Shown here in pieces: positions 48,851 to 62,430 of a DNA stretch of 64,000 nt (position 1 is the first letter of the stretch; every line of letters starts with the position of its first letter). Under the pieces are notes generated by a model, which saw nothing but the letters and a program-made list of their open reading frames with translations, did not search any database and was not told the DNA's origin. Where the stretch lies: assembly GCF_006345805.1 (NCBI RefSeq), contig NC_043012.1, positions 5,332,001 through 5,396,000 of the forward strand, read 5' to 3'. The position numbers were made by a program, and so were the translations under genes. The stretch comes from Octopus sinensis (lineage: Eukaryota).

Positions 48851-49240
48851 TGTAGGAGTCGCAATGGCCCAGTGGTTAAGGCAGCGGACTCGCGGTCATA
48901 GGATTGCGGTTTCGATTCCCAGGCTGGGCATTGTGAGTGTTTATTGGGCGAAGATACTTAAATCTCCATGAGGCCCTCTGGCAGAGGGGGGGCGAACCCT
49001 ACTGTACTCTTTCACCATAACTTTCTCTCACTCTTTCTCCCTGTTTCTGTTGTACTTGTAATTCAAAGGAACAGCCTTGTCACACTCTGTGTCACGCTGA
49101 AATTTTCCCCGAGAACTACTTTAAGAGTAGACGTGTCTGTGGAGTACTCCGCCACTTACACGTTAATTTCACGAGCAGGCTGTTCCGTTGATCGAATCAA
49201 CTGGAAGCCTCGTCGTCGTAACTGACGGAGTGCCGTGGCA
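48851..49240 (+). mobile_element. Full-length family A SINE with 10-bp TSD
   Basis: GAATGAGTAT at 48841-48850 and 49241-49250. Confidence 0.9.
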
Positions 49241-49250
49241 GAATGAGTAT

Positions 49251-49462
49251 AAGGCGGCGAGCTGGCAGAATCGTTAACAAGCTGGGCAAAATGCTTAGCG
49301 GCGTTTCGTCAGTCTTAATGTACAGAGTTCAAATTCCACCGACTTTGCCTTTCATTCTTTCAGAGTCGATAAAGTAAGTACCAGTTAAACACTTGGGTTG
49401 GTATAATCGACTTTACACCTCCTCCGAAATTGCTGGCCTTGTGTCATAATTTGAAATCAATA
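49251..49462 (+). mobile_element. Family C SINE
   Basis: AAGGCGGCGAGCTGGCAGAATCG head and Nin-like domain. Confidence 0.85.
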
Positions 49463-49650
49463 TCGTATAATGAGAATTACAAAATGGTCGGCGGCGGCGC
49501 TGTTGTTGCTGCAGCTATTTCACCCCAAAGTCAACCTTGATTGAGCACGCCTAAAATCAACGACCTTCAAGTCCTGACCATCTCATCTTTATTACTTTCA
49601 AATATATATATATCCAATGTGCTCTGTCTTCCAAACTTTGAGAGAGGATT

Positions 49651-49727
<77 letters not shown>

Positions 49728-49732
<5 letters not shown>

Positions 49733-50025
49733 AAAAGATTGTGGGTAAGGCCAAAACATGCAAAGTAAATGCAAGGTAAATCACAAGAAAACAAATATGT
49801 GAATTAATGTACACTTACCTTGTATTCAATATTTCGGGCTTATGACACCGTTTTCGATAAATAGACGTCTATTTCTTGAAAATGGTGTCATAACCCCTAA
49901 ATATTGAATACACGTAACCCCGAAATACTGAATATAAGTGTACATTAATTCACATATTTGTTTTCTTGTGATTTACCCTGCATTTACTTCGCGTTGTTTT
50001 GGTTTTACCCACGATCTTTTATACA
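49728..50025. repeat. Loop-less near-perfect palindrome (about 300 bp), MITE-like
   Basis: Centre TAGAC|GTCTA at 49866/49867; arms match almost throughout; the right arm has an extra about 22-bp duplication; ends TGTATAAAAG / CTTTTATACA. Confidence 0.9.
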
Positions 50026-50115
50026 ATATATTCTACACAATTCTTCATAGTAATTATTCCATTATATATGTGTGAATGTTTGTGTATGTGTGTGCATACA
50101 CATACACACACACAC

Positions 50116-50149
<34 letters not shown>

Positions 50150-50174
50150 CATATATATATACATATGTATATGT

Positions 50175-50235
<61 letters not shown>

Positions 50236-50314
50236 CGGGAAGCTTTATGAAAATAGACAAAAGACGAAGGCAGGTTTACGGAAATAAACAAAAGACGAAG
50301 GCAGGTGGAATACA

Positions 50315-50355
<41 letters not shown>

Positions 50356-51186
50356 TATATATCTATATATATATATATATATAGTAGATCCACTGTACAC
50401 GTACAAGCTACTTCATTGGTCTATAAATATAACGGGGTCATATGCAGGATTGGCTGGTAGAGACTTCTTGCATCACCTCAACTGATAAAGCGTGAAAAGA
50501 GATTCTAAAATTTTATGACTGATGACAGACTGCAAGTTGAAAAGTCTGAAGTTACTGTCAAGTTAGACTAGATAAAAAAAATAAACAAGCGGTTTGCTAA
50601 TTAATTTAAAATATGTTGTTTAATCATATTATTTGTTCTTGGCAGCATGCTGCTAAAGATGTTTAAAAACAACACAAAAATGAAACACACACACACACCC
50701 ATCAGTTTCTATTCCATCTATAATTACCTTTGCGGTCAATAACCGGATTGACATTCCGTGATAATTGCCTGTGTCTCTGGGCAGCCTACAGAAAAACCCA
50801 AACATATGAGATGAAGGAGCTGATAGCATAAGATACTCTCTCAATGAACATGAGTACGTGATTTGGGCCTCTGAAAGTCAGGTTTAACCGTGCATCTACA
50901 CACGTATATGCAGGCCTGGGGGCCAGCCACCGCCTTACGGCCGGTACAGCTTAGCATCTGTATCGTCACAGACATTACGGTTAGAATGCGAAGATCTGGA
51001 ACAGTTTTTACAAAGCATCCCGCCCGTCATTCTAACAGTTCCTACAATATACCATCCTGGACTGGTAATTTGTTAACCGACCCTGAAAGAATGAAGGGAG
51101 TTGGTTTCGACGGTACTTGAACTATCAATTGCCACAAAACATTAAAATCAACATTCTAATGGCTCAGACGAATGTGCACGTGTGCA

Positions 51187-51233
<47 letters not shown>

Positions 51234-51434
51234 AAGTGTGAGTGTATGTGCTTGTGTGCGCGCTGTCTGAACGCGTGTGTGCGCGTGCGTGCGTCCACTG
51301 GTGGTCCTGAGAGTGAAGAACGATAAACGCAACGCCTTCCGACCAGCACGGAGCTTGATCCTGAATGGGACACGTTTATTTTTATCCCTGTAAGATAGCT
51401 TTCCCTTTGCCTTCTCTCTCTCTCCCTCCCTCCC

Positions 51435-51469
<35 letters not shown>

Positions 51470-51654
51470 CTCTCTCTCTCTCTCAAACTCCTCATGACTC
51501 TCCCTTCCACAGACACATCTACAAAAAAACATCTCTAAATTATGTTTAATCCGGAACCGGACAAATTATGCTGATTCCAGTTTCCTTTCAAAGTTACTTG
51601 ATGCTAATGGAGAGGAAAAATAATTTTAATTTTCTTATGTCAATTGTAAAAATA

Positions 51655-52538
51655 CGAAGGGGTACCCAAAAGAAACCGGAATTTTGCAATCTCATTTTAT
51701 TCACTTAGATTTATCTCCTTCAAGGTATTCTCCGTTTGAAGCAATGCATCGGTTAAGGCGCGTTTTCCAAAATTCGAAGAAGAACTGGATTGCTTGCAAA
51801 GTGATGCCTTTTAATGCCTCCATCGTTTTTTTCTTTTCTTCACCTCTTCCGCATCTACAAATTCTGAGGCACCAACTTTCGTCACCAGTGATGACCTTCG
51901 AAAAAATGTTCCGTATCAACTTCCAACTATTCTTTCAGTTCACGACACGCGTTCAGATGTGACTGCTTTTGATGTTCCGTGAGCCAGCGAGACACAAATT
52001 TTGCTGCAAATCTTTTCATTTGAAATTCCTCCCTCAAAATTCGTTGGTAGGAACTCCAGGACACACCAGTCTCGTCAGCAAGTTCTTCAGTTGTTGGGTG
52101 ACAGTCTTCCAAGATCAGTTCAGGAATTTTCATGATGCTTTTATTCGTTCGGGAGGTCGACGGTCGCCCTGAACGAAGTTGGGCCTCAAATGACAATTGA
52201 CCGTTCCTAAAGCGCGGAAACCACTCGTAAACTTGTGTTCTGCTCATTGTAAGCTGTTTAAAGCATGACCACTGTTTCAGCCGCCGTTTCCCTAGTAGAA
52301 AACAGAATTTTTCGGAAGTCCGCTGTTCCTTCGTTTCAGCCATCGCAAAAATCAACGAACAGGGGAGAAACACTGCAAAACAAAGATGCACCACGTGATA
52401 GCATTAACTCAATGAACAACACCGGTCGGCAGACTGATGCCTGAGGGTCACATCAAGTCACTTCTAGCGGTGGAAGCCTGAACTATCAGGGGCCTGTCCC
52501 ACAGAAAACGTTTCCGGTAGCTTTTGGGTACCTCTTCC
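51655..52538 (-). mobile_element. Internally deleted mariner element (884 bp) with both TIRs
   Basis: TIRs CGAAGGGGTACCCAAAAGAAACCGGAA and reverse complement GGAAGAGGTACCCAAAAGCTACCGGAA, TA flanks; HTH region, RSGRPSTS and ITGDESW, then a jump to the C-terminal RCIASNGEYLEG. Confidence 0.9.
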
Positions 52539-52599
52539 TATAAATTTGTCAAATATTTTATCAACTAAAGTATTTGATTGTTCACAATTTATCTTTCAC

Positions 52600-52760
52600 T
52601 TGTTTCAGTTATGTGACTGCTGCCATACTGGGGCACCTCCTTGAAAGATTTTTAGTCGAACAAATCGACCTCAAGGCTGAACCGCTATGTTGCGGGGACG
52701 AAAACACACCAACACCGGTTTTCAAGCGATAATGGGGACACACGCACACGGACACGGACA
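52600..52760 (-). mobile_element. Family B SINE 3' half
   Basis: TTGTTTCAGTTATGTGACTGC..CCAT homology. Confidence 0.7.
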
Positions 52761-52789
52761 CACAAACACACACGCACACACACATACAG

Positions 52790-52820
<31 letters not shown>

Positions 52821-52904
52821 TATAATTAACGTTTAACGCCATAGAAACATTACTACTCAGTATAGTTACTACTTTCATATCACACACACACACACACACA
52901 CACA

Positions 52905-54170
52905 ATGGCGAAAACCATGTTGTTACTCTAGACCAGTGGTTTTCAACCAGGGTTCCGCCAGTACAGCCCAGGGGTTCCGCAAGAAGTTACAAAACTGCCA
53001 AAATCGGCAGTAATTTTTAATTCTCCTGTGCAGATATGTGTGTATAAGACTATTAAATTATTGCACAGGGGTTCCTCGAGCCAGTGGAATCTTTCCATGG
53101 GGTTCCGCTCCAGCAAAAACGTTGAAAAGCACTGCTCTAGACATTAGCAAAGCCTTCGACACAGTCCAGCATGCGAATCTTCTTTCAAATCTTCCCCTTT
53201 ACGGGTTCCATTCATCTCTCATCTTTCGAATTGGCAACTCCCTTTTAGATCTCACCATTGTGGCATGTATTGAAAGAACTCTTTCTGCTCCACTCTCAGT
53301 CAACTCTGATGTGTCCCAGACTTCAATGTATCTTCCTCTCCCCCCTCCTCCTCCTCCTCACTCTCTCCCTTCTATACATCATTGACCTTCGTATTGCTAC
53401 ATTCAACAGCATCCACTCTTATGCAGATAACATGAGCATTTATTATTCCCTGACCTTCGATAACCATTTATTATTCACACACAACCAGGACACTACACAC
53501 CTAATTTTGGTTCTGCGAGGACATTCTCCAATCTGGTCATGCCTCTTTTGCCAGCAAATCACTCAAGTACCACTTACATCAAGAAAATATCACCCTCACA
53601 CACACACACACACGACCCCCAAGTACGAGTGGAGTCACCTACAGCTCTCCCAAGCACTTCAAATGCTGGACCTCACTATTACCGTTCTTAATTTAGCTAA
53701 GACTGCATCTCCAGAAACCTTACCTCCGATTAAAGAAAGTAACTCAGTCCTTAATGGTTGCTAACAATCTATAAGGGTTCAAGTGGGTCCCATTGGGACG
53801 ATAGCCGTCCTAAACTAAATATAGAGCAGGGCCACCGGAATGATTAGCATTAAATTACTAACAAATTCACCCCCGCCTTTGGCCCACAGGCGATTTGTCT
53901 CCTCCTTTTGCCTTTCCAATCACTACAATAATGCCCACTGTTCCAGTGAACTGGCTGGTTTCGAACCTCCTACACTATACTCTCCAAACCCACTTATCTA
54001 CCCCCCCCTTGCATCCAACCCATCTCGACCCTATAATAATTACTACACCCAATATTTTCTCCCCAAGAATACCGGCCTTCTAGAATCTACTCTCTGTTCA
54101 TGTCTTCACCGCAGCTTCCGCCATGCAACTAATTAAAAAGAACATTAACGGCATCAAGATACGTCTCTCG
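52905..54170 (+). mobile_element. Degenerate non-LTR RT relic (CR1/L2/Jockey-group-like), interrupted by a hAT MITE
   Basis: Removing the MITE restores ENHVVTLDISKAFDTVQHANLLSNLPLYGF; later HSYADN and AHRR...HCSSELA. Confidence 0.7.
52934..53134. mobile_element. hAT (Charlie-like) MITE, 201 bp, with perfect 8-bp TSD
   Basis: TIR CAGTGGTTTTCAAC / GTTGAAAAGCACTG; CTCTAGAC at 52926-52933 and 53135-53142. Confidence 0.92.
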
Positions 54171-54539
54171 AAAGTTATGCACACAGCCCCTTCCTACAAA
54201 CTCAACAAATAAAACATTAATTATCAGAATTGATAATTTTGTCTTTATATATATCACGTAACCTTGTTTTCGTTTGCCACTAATATAGGTCGCCGATAAT
54301 TGCTTAATATTTTACAGGTCATAATAATTAAATTTAATTGCCAAAATATTACATCAGAATAGAGTATGTTATTACTATATCATAATAAGTCATATAATTG
54401 CATGAAATTAAAAGCGCTACTGGGGTCAGATTACTATTTTTTTTCATCCAGTAACAGTTATAAAAATTGTAGATATTAATATTTTTTGCGTGAAAAATGA
54501 TAATTCAAAGAAAGCTACTTTGGAACAAACTTCAGTTCG

Positions 54540-55335
54540 CGAAGAAATCAATCAAGAACGGTAAATCTTCAGGGCCAGATAATGTTGCACCTGAAGTTTT
54601 GAAAAGATACTATACTTTGCAACCAAACAATTGAAAGAGAACTTGAAGTCAAAGCAATTATGTTCCATATTTCTAAATCAGGTCTCAGCGATACTCAGCG
54701 ATACATTATCTTCAACAGTAACCAAACCCATTAACAAAATGATCCTTAACACACTACAGACTATATCTACGACAAAATTAGAATGGATTCCGACCTGATA
54801 GATCCACACCAACACACATTCTGACTCTGTGAAGGTTACTTGAAAGCCGTCCTCCTATATGTTGTTTTCAGGAAGGCTTCTGATTCCATCAACAAAGGCA
54901 AAATTCTCAAAATCCTGAAAGCATATGATATACTTTCAAATCTTCTCAATGCAATAGTAAAGCTTTACAAAGACGCAAAGTCAAGAATTATAACACCTGA
55001 TGGAGAGACAGGTTTATTTGAAATAACTGCAGGAATAATTCAAAAGAATGCAATTTCAGCATACATTGGTGCTTGGATGAAAAGTAGTGAAAAGAACTTT
55101 ACTGTACGGAAGGCGTTTGCTCGGAACGCGTGACACAAACTGCATAAAGTCTGCTGTTCTAAGATGGTATGTAAATTGAAAATTAGTTTGTTTCTATCCA
55201 CAGAAGAGTCAATTTTGTTACACGGTGCTGAAACTTGGAGCCTCGCCAAAAGCCTTGAAAAACAAATAGACCACTGCTACACAAGAAAGTTAAGAATAAC
55301 TCTGAATGTTACATGGACAGCTCATTTAACCGACG
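54540..55335 (+). mobile_element. Degenerate RTE-clade RT fragment
   Basis: NGKSSGPDNV, VVFRKASDSINKGKILKILKAY, TPDGETGLFEITAG, ESILLHGAETWSL..YTRKLR..LNVTW. Confidence 0.75.
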
Positions 55336-55518
55336 AGGCAGCTTTATCGATTTAATTTAATTAAATGGAGTCGTATGAAACGATCGCATTGCCTCTGGAT
55401 ATCATTGTTGCTTATTTTGATTGTAATCACCCATTTTGAATTATATGGATAATACCATACCAAATTTTGGTGCCTTCAACTTAAGTACCATATTCAACTG
55501 AATCTAAATTTTACTGAA

Positions 55519-56045
<527 letters not shown>

Positions 56046-56229
56046 ACGAAATTTTGAATTTTGTTCACGGACACCAAAACCACCACACCCCATACTACCT
56101 TTACGGACCAGCAGAGATCTGCGGACCCCAGGTTGGGAACCATGTTTCCAGGCGATCACTCATATTGTTAGAAATAAAAATCTTCAAATCATGCACCAAA
56201 CCCTATTGTCTTGAAAATGAAGCACATAC

Positions 56230-56450
56230 TCTCTCTTTCACTCTTTTACTCTTTTACTTGTTTCAGTCATTTGACTGCGGCCATGCTGAAGCACCACCTT
56301 TTAGTCGAGCAACTCGACCCCGGGACTTATTCTTTTGTAAGCCCAGTACTTATTCTTTCGGTCTCTTTTGCTGAACCGCTAAGTTACGGGGACGTAAACA
56401 CACCAGCATCAGTTGTCAAGCAATGCTAGGTGGACAACCACAGACACACA

Positions 56451-56494
<44 letters not shown>

Positions 56495-56660
56495 TGCGAC
56501 GGGCTTCTTTCAGTTTCCGTCTACCAAATCCACTCACAAGGCTTTTGTTGGCCCGAGGCTACAGTAGAAGACACTTGCCCAAGGTGCCACGCAGTGGGAC
56601 TGAACCCGGAACCATGTGATTGGTAAACAAGTTACTTACCACACAGCCACTCCTGCGCCT
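56230..56660 (-). mobile_element. Full-length family B SINE
   Basis: Reverse complement of the 18508 copy, with a central (TA)n. Confidence 0.9.
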
Positions 56661-57825
56661 CAAGGCACATGTTTAATAATCTTACATAATAACCCTTTCT
56701 ACTCAAGGCACAAGGCCTGAAATTTGGGGGGGGGGACTGGTCGATCACAGCGACCCAGGTGTTTCACTGGTGGTAATCTTACATAATAATACTATGTCAG
56801 ATTAAAAATTGTAATGATCGATCATGGATGGAACGGCTTTGTTATAGCTTTCTTCTGGTCTTACTACTTGTTGTACTTGCGGACAGCATTCACACGGGAT
56901 GGGTTGAGCTGGCTCCGACCAATGAATTTAACACGTCCCTCACGAATGCTGACCACATTCGACGGTCGGCCACAGTTGAGACTGAAAATGATAACCGGAT
57001 AACGCGGACGCCGTAGCCGTTCGCATTTGAGATGTTGAGGTCATGTCTGGGTTTTAGAGTGAATACAAGTTCACATGTGGTCCCCAGTCACATGCATACA
57101 CACTTCTTTTACCCCTTCTACAAATATTATCATTTTTATATTTTTAGTTAATTAAAATAATATTTTCACTGACCTACAAATATGATCATGTAATTAACCG
57201 AAGAATATAATGCGTTTTAAGAGATAGACGCACAACCAGTCGGTCTGGTGATGTTTACCGAAATCGTCTTATCAAAATTAACCACTACCAGTGAAGTAGA
57301 ACAAGTTAGTGTGCAGAGAAATGTGATATTTCGGGCAAGGGCTCTCATCAAATGAAAAATCCAACCAAAAATATCTGATCTTCTTCTGCCCTTTATGCAA
57401 TAACTAACATTTTCTGTTGCATGTCGACACTAGTTTACTTGGAATCTATTGCTTTAGTCTAATGTAAATAAATCTGATGAATTTTTTTTGTCTTTAAAAG
57501 GATCTACAAACAATATCTAAAAGAAATTTATTCTGGTCTTTCAACAGATATTGAGCTTCTTTATCACAAATCTTGGTATGGGAATTCAGCCACAGAAACG
57601 CTAAGCTGTATTTCTTTAAATCTTTTATTAGTTTTCGTCAATGGATTGCAGCCATGCCGTCGCACCACCTTCAGTGTTTCTTATTTATTCGTTTCAAGAC
57701 CAATTCTTAAGTCAGTTTGCCACTTATTTTATCGGCTTGATCTCTATCGGTTGACTAGTTACATTCTCACGGAAAGGGACGAAACTTGGCTCGAATACAG
57801 ATACAGAGCGCGTGCACGAACACAC

Positions 57826-57900
<75 letters not shown>

Positions 57901-57902
<2 letters not shown>

Positions 57903-59880
57903 GTTCTTTATTAGCCACACAGGGCCGAGCACAAAGGGGACAAATACAATGTAGTGTTTCTTTTTCTTTCCGAGAGGACGAAAATAAAACAAAAAAAATT
58001 AAAATAGAGACAACGATCAAAAGGGATCGATATCGTTTGGGATATGCAAAAGTCGAAATAGTACAAAAAGAAAAAACGTAGTTCCCACAAATGGTGAGGT
58101 TTATCCGTGGAAAGAAAAACCTACGAAAAGACCACGGTAACCTCGGGCAATAATGTCATGCAAAAAAAAACACATTACAATAAGTAACTCACTTTTTTCC
58201 TTTGTTTTTCTGGTTCATTGGATTATGCTCAAGCTGGCTCCGTCATTCACACGCGCCATCCTTGCTACATTCACCCATCTTTTATTGAAACATTCACTAG
58301 ACAAAACTTTCCACTCTACTCTCACCTTCCTCTTCAAGTGATACTTGAAGAAGTTGATGAGAGATTGACAAGAGAGGAAAGTGTTTGTCTCTTGGCCTTT
58401 CAGACGCGTCCACCATACACATTATTTTGCCATAGCCACAAGTACGATAAAAATGGCTCTTCCTTCCCGTTTGAAAGAAGGAGGCGTGACAATATTCACT
58501 GATAACCGACTTGTCCCACACACGACAGCAGTCGTTCGACATAATCCCACAGGTCGGAAATGGTTGGTTTCGTCCTCATCACGGGCAGGTCGGCCCGATG
58601 TTTCTGGAGCCATGCATGTAGAGCTTGTCCTGAACGGGTAGCGCTTCTCGATAGCACTGCCAGGCCAGAGATCTCTGAAAGTTGTCCATAGGTCCCGGCC
58701 CGAAAGTTGTCTTAAACATACGTGTCAGGTATTCATTGTCGACGCCCAGGTTCACCCCGAGATCGTCGTCGTACCTCCCCTCCACTAAACCCCTATAGAA
58801 TGCTTTCGTTGTGATGCAGTCGCTCAAGGTCGACCCAGGTCGGCATAGTTGCTTGAGAGCAACGCGACAGCTACGGTGTCATTCGCCCTTCCTCGGCCTC
58901 TCCTTGATCCACGACTGCAGTTCGGTCATGGAGACGAGCTGCGGGAAAGCGCGCTGCACAAACGGTGACCACACCTGTCCACCGTCGTCTACATAGCGTC
59001 TGAGATGTCGCAGTCTCAGCGCATGTCTGCGCATCATTAACCACAGCATGCCAAGTCCTCCTTTTAACGGGTGTTAGCAGTAAACAGAATGCCTGACCAT
59101 CAGAATGCTTCCTTTCCACACGAAGCCGGAGAAGATGTAATCCAGTTTGGTGATGGTAGAGTCGGGACAAGGCACAACGGTCAGGCGGTAGTACATAACG
59201 GACGCGATGTACGCGTTCGCTACCCCCGCCCTACCTTTTAGGGACAGCTTCCTCTCGGCCCATTACTGGGAGAGAATGGTCACCCTACTCGTCCCGCATC
59301 CCGGTTCTCGCGGGATGCCCCTCAGCTTCGCCTACTTCCGCAGTAGTGGCTCGAGAGTCAATACGTACAGAAGCGACAAGAGGGGGCATCCCTGATCGAT
59401 GGTCTACCCTTTCGAAAGCTTTGGATTGATCTAAATTGATCGGTGCCTCACCTATACCAAGTTACTTAACTACCCTGTCAATGATGTAGCGCAGCAGATG
59501 GAGGTTGTCATTGATGCTCCAGGCCGGCACGGCGCACGTTTGCGCCTTGTCGACCAGTTTCTCGATGACAAGCGCCACCTCTTGGCTTACACCTTGGCCA
59601 AAATTTTCAAATCTGCATTGAGCAGAGTGATGGGCCTAAAGTTATCTATTACGTTCCCCTTGTTTGTATCTTTTTTTGGCAAGGTTACCGTTCCTCGGCT
59701 AAAAAAAAACAGGGATGCTCCCGTTTTGCTGTCAGTTGCAGTACACTGCTGCCAAGACGCCTCCAAACAAGTCTGGCATACAACTGTAAAGCTCGTAGGG
59801 CAGACCATCCAAACCCGGTGATTTGTCCCTCGAGTATTCTGCCATCGTGCCCCTCCCCCACCACCACCACCAAACAACAG
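57901..59880 (-). mobile_element. Tx1-clade (L1 group) LINE, truncated and degenerate; 3' end abuts a (GATA)n array
   Basis: DKSPGLDGLPYELY, NFRPITLLNADLKILAKV, QTCAVPGRSINDNLHLLR, NLDQSKAFERVDH, C-terminal AWQCYREALPV...PTCP; AATAAA then (TATC)n at the 3' end. Confidence 0.85.
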
Positions 59881-60961
59881 GATAGGATAGCAAGAGCACA
59901 AAGAAAATATGAGCTGCGAATGTCCAGAGCCAACTTCTTACCTTCATTCTCAGCAGACCACCAGTGTCCGACCTGTGGCAAAACCTCCCGAGCTCACAGC
60001 TGGATGAACCTTAACCAATCTTCTTCTCTCAATTGACCCGTCTTCTTCCTTGGTCATCGTCGATTCACTCTCTCGGCTGTACCCAAGATGAGACGTTCAA
60101 CTTGCATTATGTTCTATTTATTCAAAAAATCCTGTGGGTCAAATTTTATTCTCAACTCAACTGAAGAAAACGGTTTTTTACATGATGTAAAATTTTCTTC
60201 ATCAATAAAGAACACATCTGAAACAGCTGCAGTGACCCTCAACACAATTGTGTTTTTCTTTTCACCACTCGGAACCATCCCTGCGTTAGATCTTGAGCCT
60301 AAAGTCGACTGTGGAATGCATGTACACTTGTCTAGCTTAGCGTACATATTGTGTATTCGGTCGGTACTTGTAAGTGTGTGCATACCTGGGGGGACATATC
60401 TGCATTTACCTTAGTAAGTACGTGTATGTCCGTGCACATTGTTACGTGTTGTCCGTACACAGATGCGCTACCCCCGACTCTACCTTGGCACCTATGCAAT
60501 TTAAATATCTTAATTCAATCGAATCCTGAAAATATGTGTGCGTGAGAGAGAAAACGTAAGAAAGTGTGCGCGGGCGAGCTTGTTCCTTTTTCGAAATGAT
60601 TCTCGAAGTACATACAATGCAAAAATGTTACTAATCAAGCATTGGGTTGAAAAATCCCTCTCCAATACAGAAAACCGAAGACCGCCCGAGAAAGTCAGAC
60701 CGACATACCATGTAGACATGACATGTGTACCACCATTGCACCAAAGAAATTCGTCGAATTTCTCTTTCCATTTTCAGAAATTTAATCTTCCCAGCGAGAA
60801 TTGTATCTTGTTGAAAATATAAGAATTAATAAAATTCCGAGAAAACATAAGATAATTAATTTAGCCGTATGTGTACTTCGAGACACAATTCCAAAAACAA
60901 ATAACTCCAATATCAATCGAAGGTTTAGCAATTCGTATGATGTTAATAAATTTTCATTCAT

Positions 60962-62030
60962 AAGGCGGCAAGCTGGCAGAAACGTTATGTAGGAAATACG
61001 ACCGTACGTAAGGAGTTGGTGACAAATGTCTCGTTTCTAACGCCGCACGGTCGCACCTAACAAAATAAGAAGCCAAATACATGATGTAAAATACAGTGCC
61101 AAAAGGAATGAGGATGACGACCGTTCTACTGTTTGAGAGAGAGCAAGACTTTATTTACAAAGTGTACAAAGATAAAGTATAGGTGCTAGCAAAGTGCAGT
61201 GTCTGAATGCGTGCGCATAGGTGTTTGTGTCTGTGTTCGTGTGTGCGACAGAAGGTGTATGCATATAAAACAGAATACAGAGCATAAGATCAGCATATTG
61301 AGTTAAGATGGAATTAGTTCACCAGATCGTAAGTGAGGTACAGATTAGTAACAGTTCTGTAACAGGATGTTGGGGTCACAAGGCAGAATGCCGGTTGAAC
61401 ATATGTCGTGTAGCGGTTGTGGCTTCAATGCCGTGCCGAGTCTCTTGATACAGGAACTTCTTTCAGGTAAACTGGAGCTGTTTCCCTCGGTGAAATATTC
61501 ACAACAGCGTGGGGTTTAGGCCTGGGCGAGTGCTGTGTACGTATTGCTGAAGTCGACGGAGATGGAGACGACGTAGTTGAAGGACGACGTTGTTGACGGC
61601 CGTGGCAGAGGGTGACGACGTCGAGATGAAGGCGACAGAGATAGAGAGCGTCCTGTCTGTCGCTGGTGTAAGTTAGCGTCGTCATGGCTGGTGCAGGAGC
61701 ATGGTTGGCTGGCTGGTCGTCTGTCGCTAGAACTGGAACATGGCTGAGTAGCTCTATATGGTTGTTATCTAGCACGAGATCATTTCTAGTATATCTCTCA
61801 AACAGTGAGAATATCAGTTACGCTACAGTCAGAACGCCGAGCGAAATGCTTAGTGGTATTTTGATTGACTTTACGTTCAAATTCCATCGACTTCACCTTT
61901 CATCATTTTGGGGTCGATTAAATAAGTACCAGTCACACACTGGGGTTGATTTAATCGATTTAATCCGTTTGTCTGTCCTTGTTTGTCCCTTCTATGTTTA
62001 GCCCCCCGTGAGGAATAAAGAATAAATATC
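60962..62030 (+). mobile_element. Family C SINE split by the LTR (60962-60987 and 61828-62030)
   Basis: GGCAGAAACGTTA resumes as GTCAGAACGCCGAGCGAAATGCTTAG after the insert. Confidence 0.8.
60988..61827 (-). mobile_element. Probable solo LTR (840 bp), Gypsy-like 4-bp TSD
   Basis: Ends TGTAG...CTACA; flanks GTTA (60984-60987) and GTCA (61828-61831); AATAAA on the minus strand near 61150; orientation tentative. Confidence 0.7.
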
Positions 62031-62102
62031 TTTACATACATATGCATGTAGGTATATATACATGCATACATACACACACACACATATATATTATATATAT
62101 AT

Positions 62103-62200
<98 letters not shown>

Positions 62201-62430
62201 GTGAAATAGAAAGATGAATAATCTTGTTGCAGATTAATCAAAAGTTTAACCGATACCTTGGTAGCAAAAATCACAGCAGAAGACAGCACGGTTGGAGGTA
62301 CAACCATATGGTGTTGCAACCGTGCATTGGTGCGGATAATTGAATTTTAATATTGGGCTCTTATGAGCCTCGTTCGATTTGTTTTGCTGCGCCTCTGTTC
62401 TGTTTTTGTTTTTGCCAACGGAATTCCTAT

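Noticed and set aside
59880-60400. Extension of the Tx1 element to an endonuclease or gag region
   Set aside because: No APE or CCHC motif could be read convincingly upstream of DKSPG.
61425-61775. 116-aa minus ORF inside the LTR-like insert
   Set aside because: No recognisable domain, low-complexity Ser/Pro/Thr content, and it lies within the TG...CA bounded unit.
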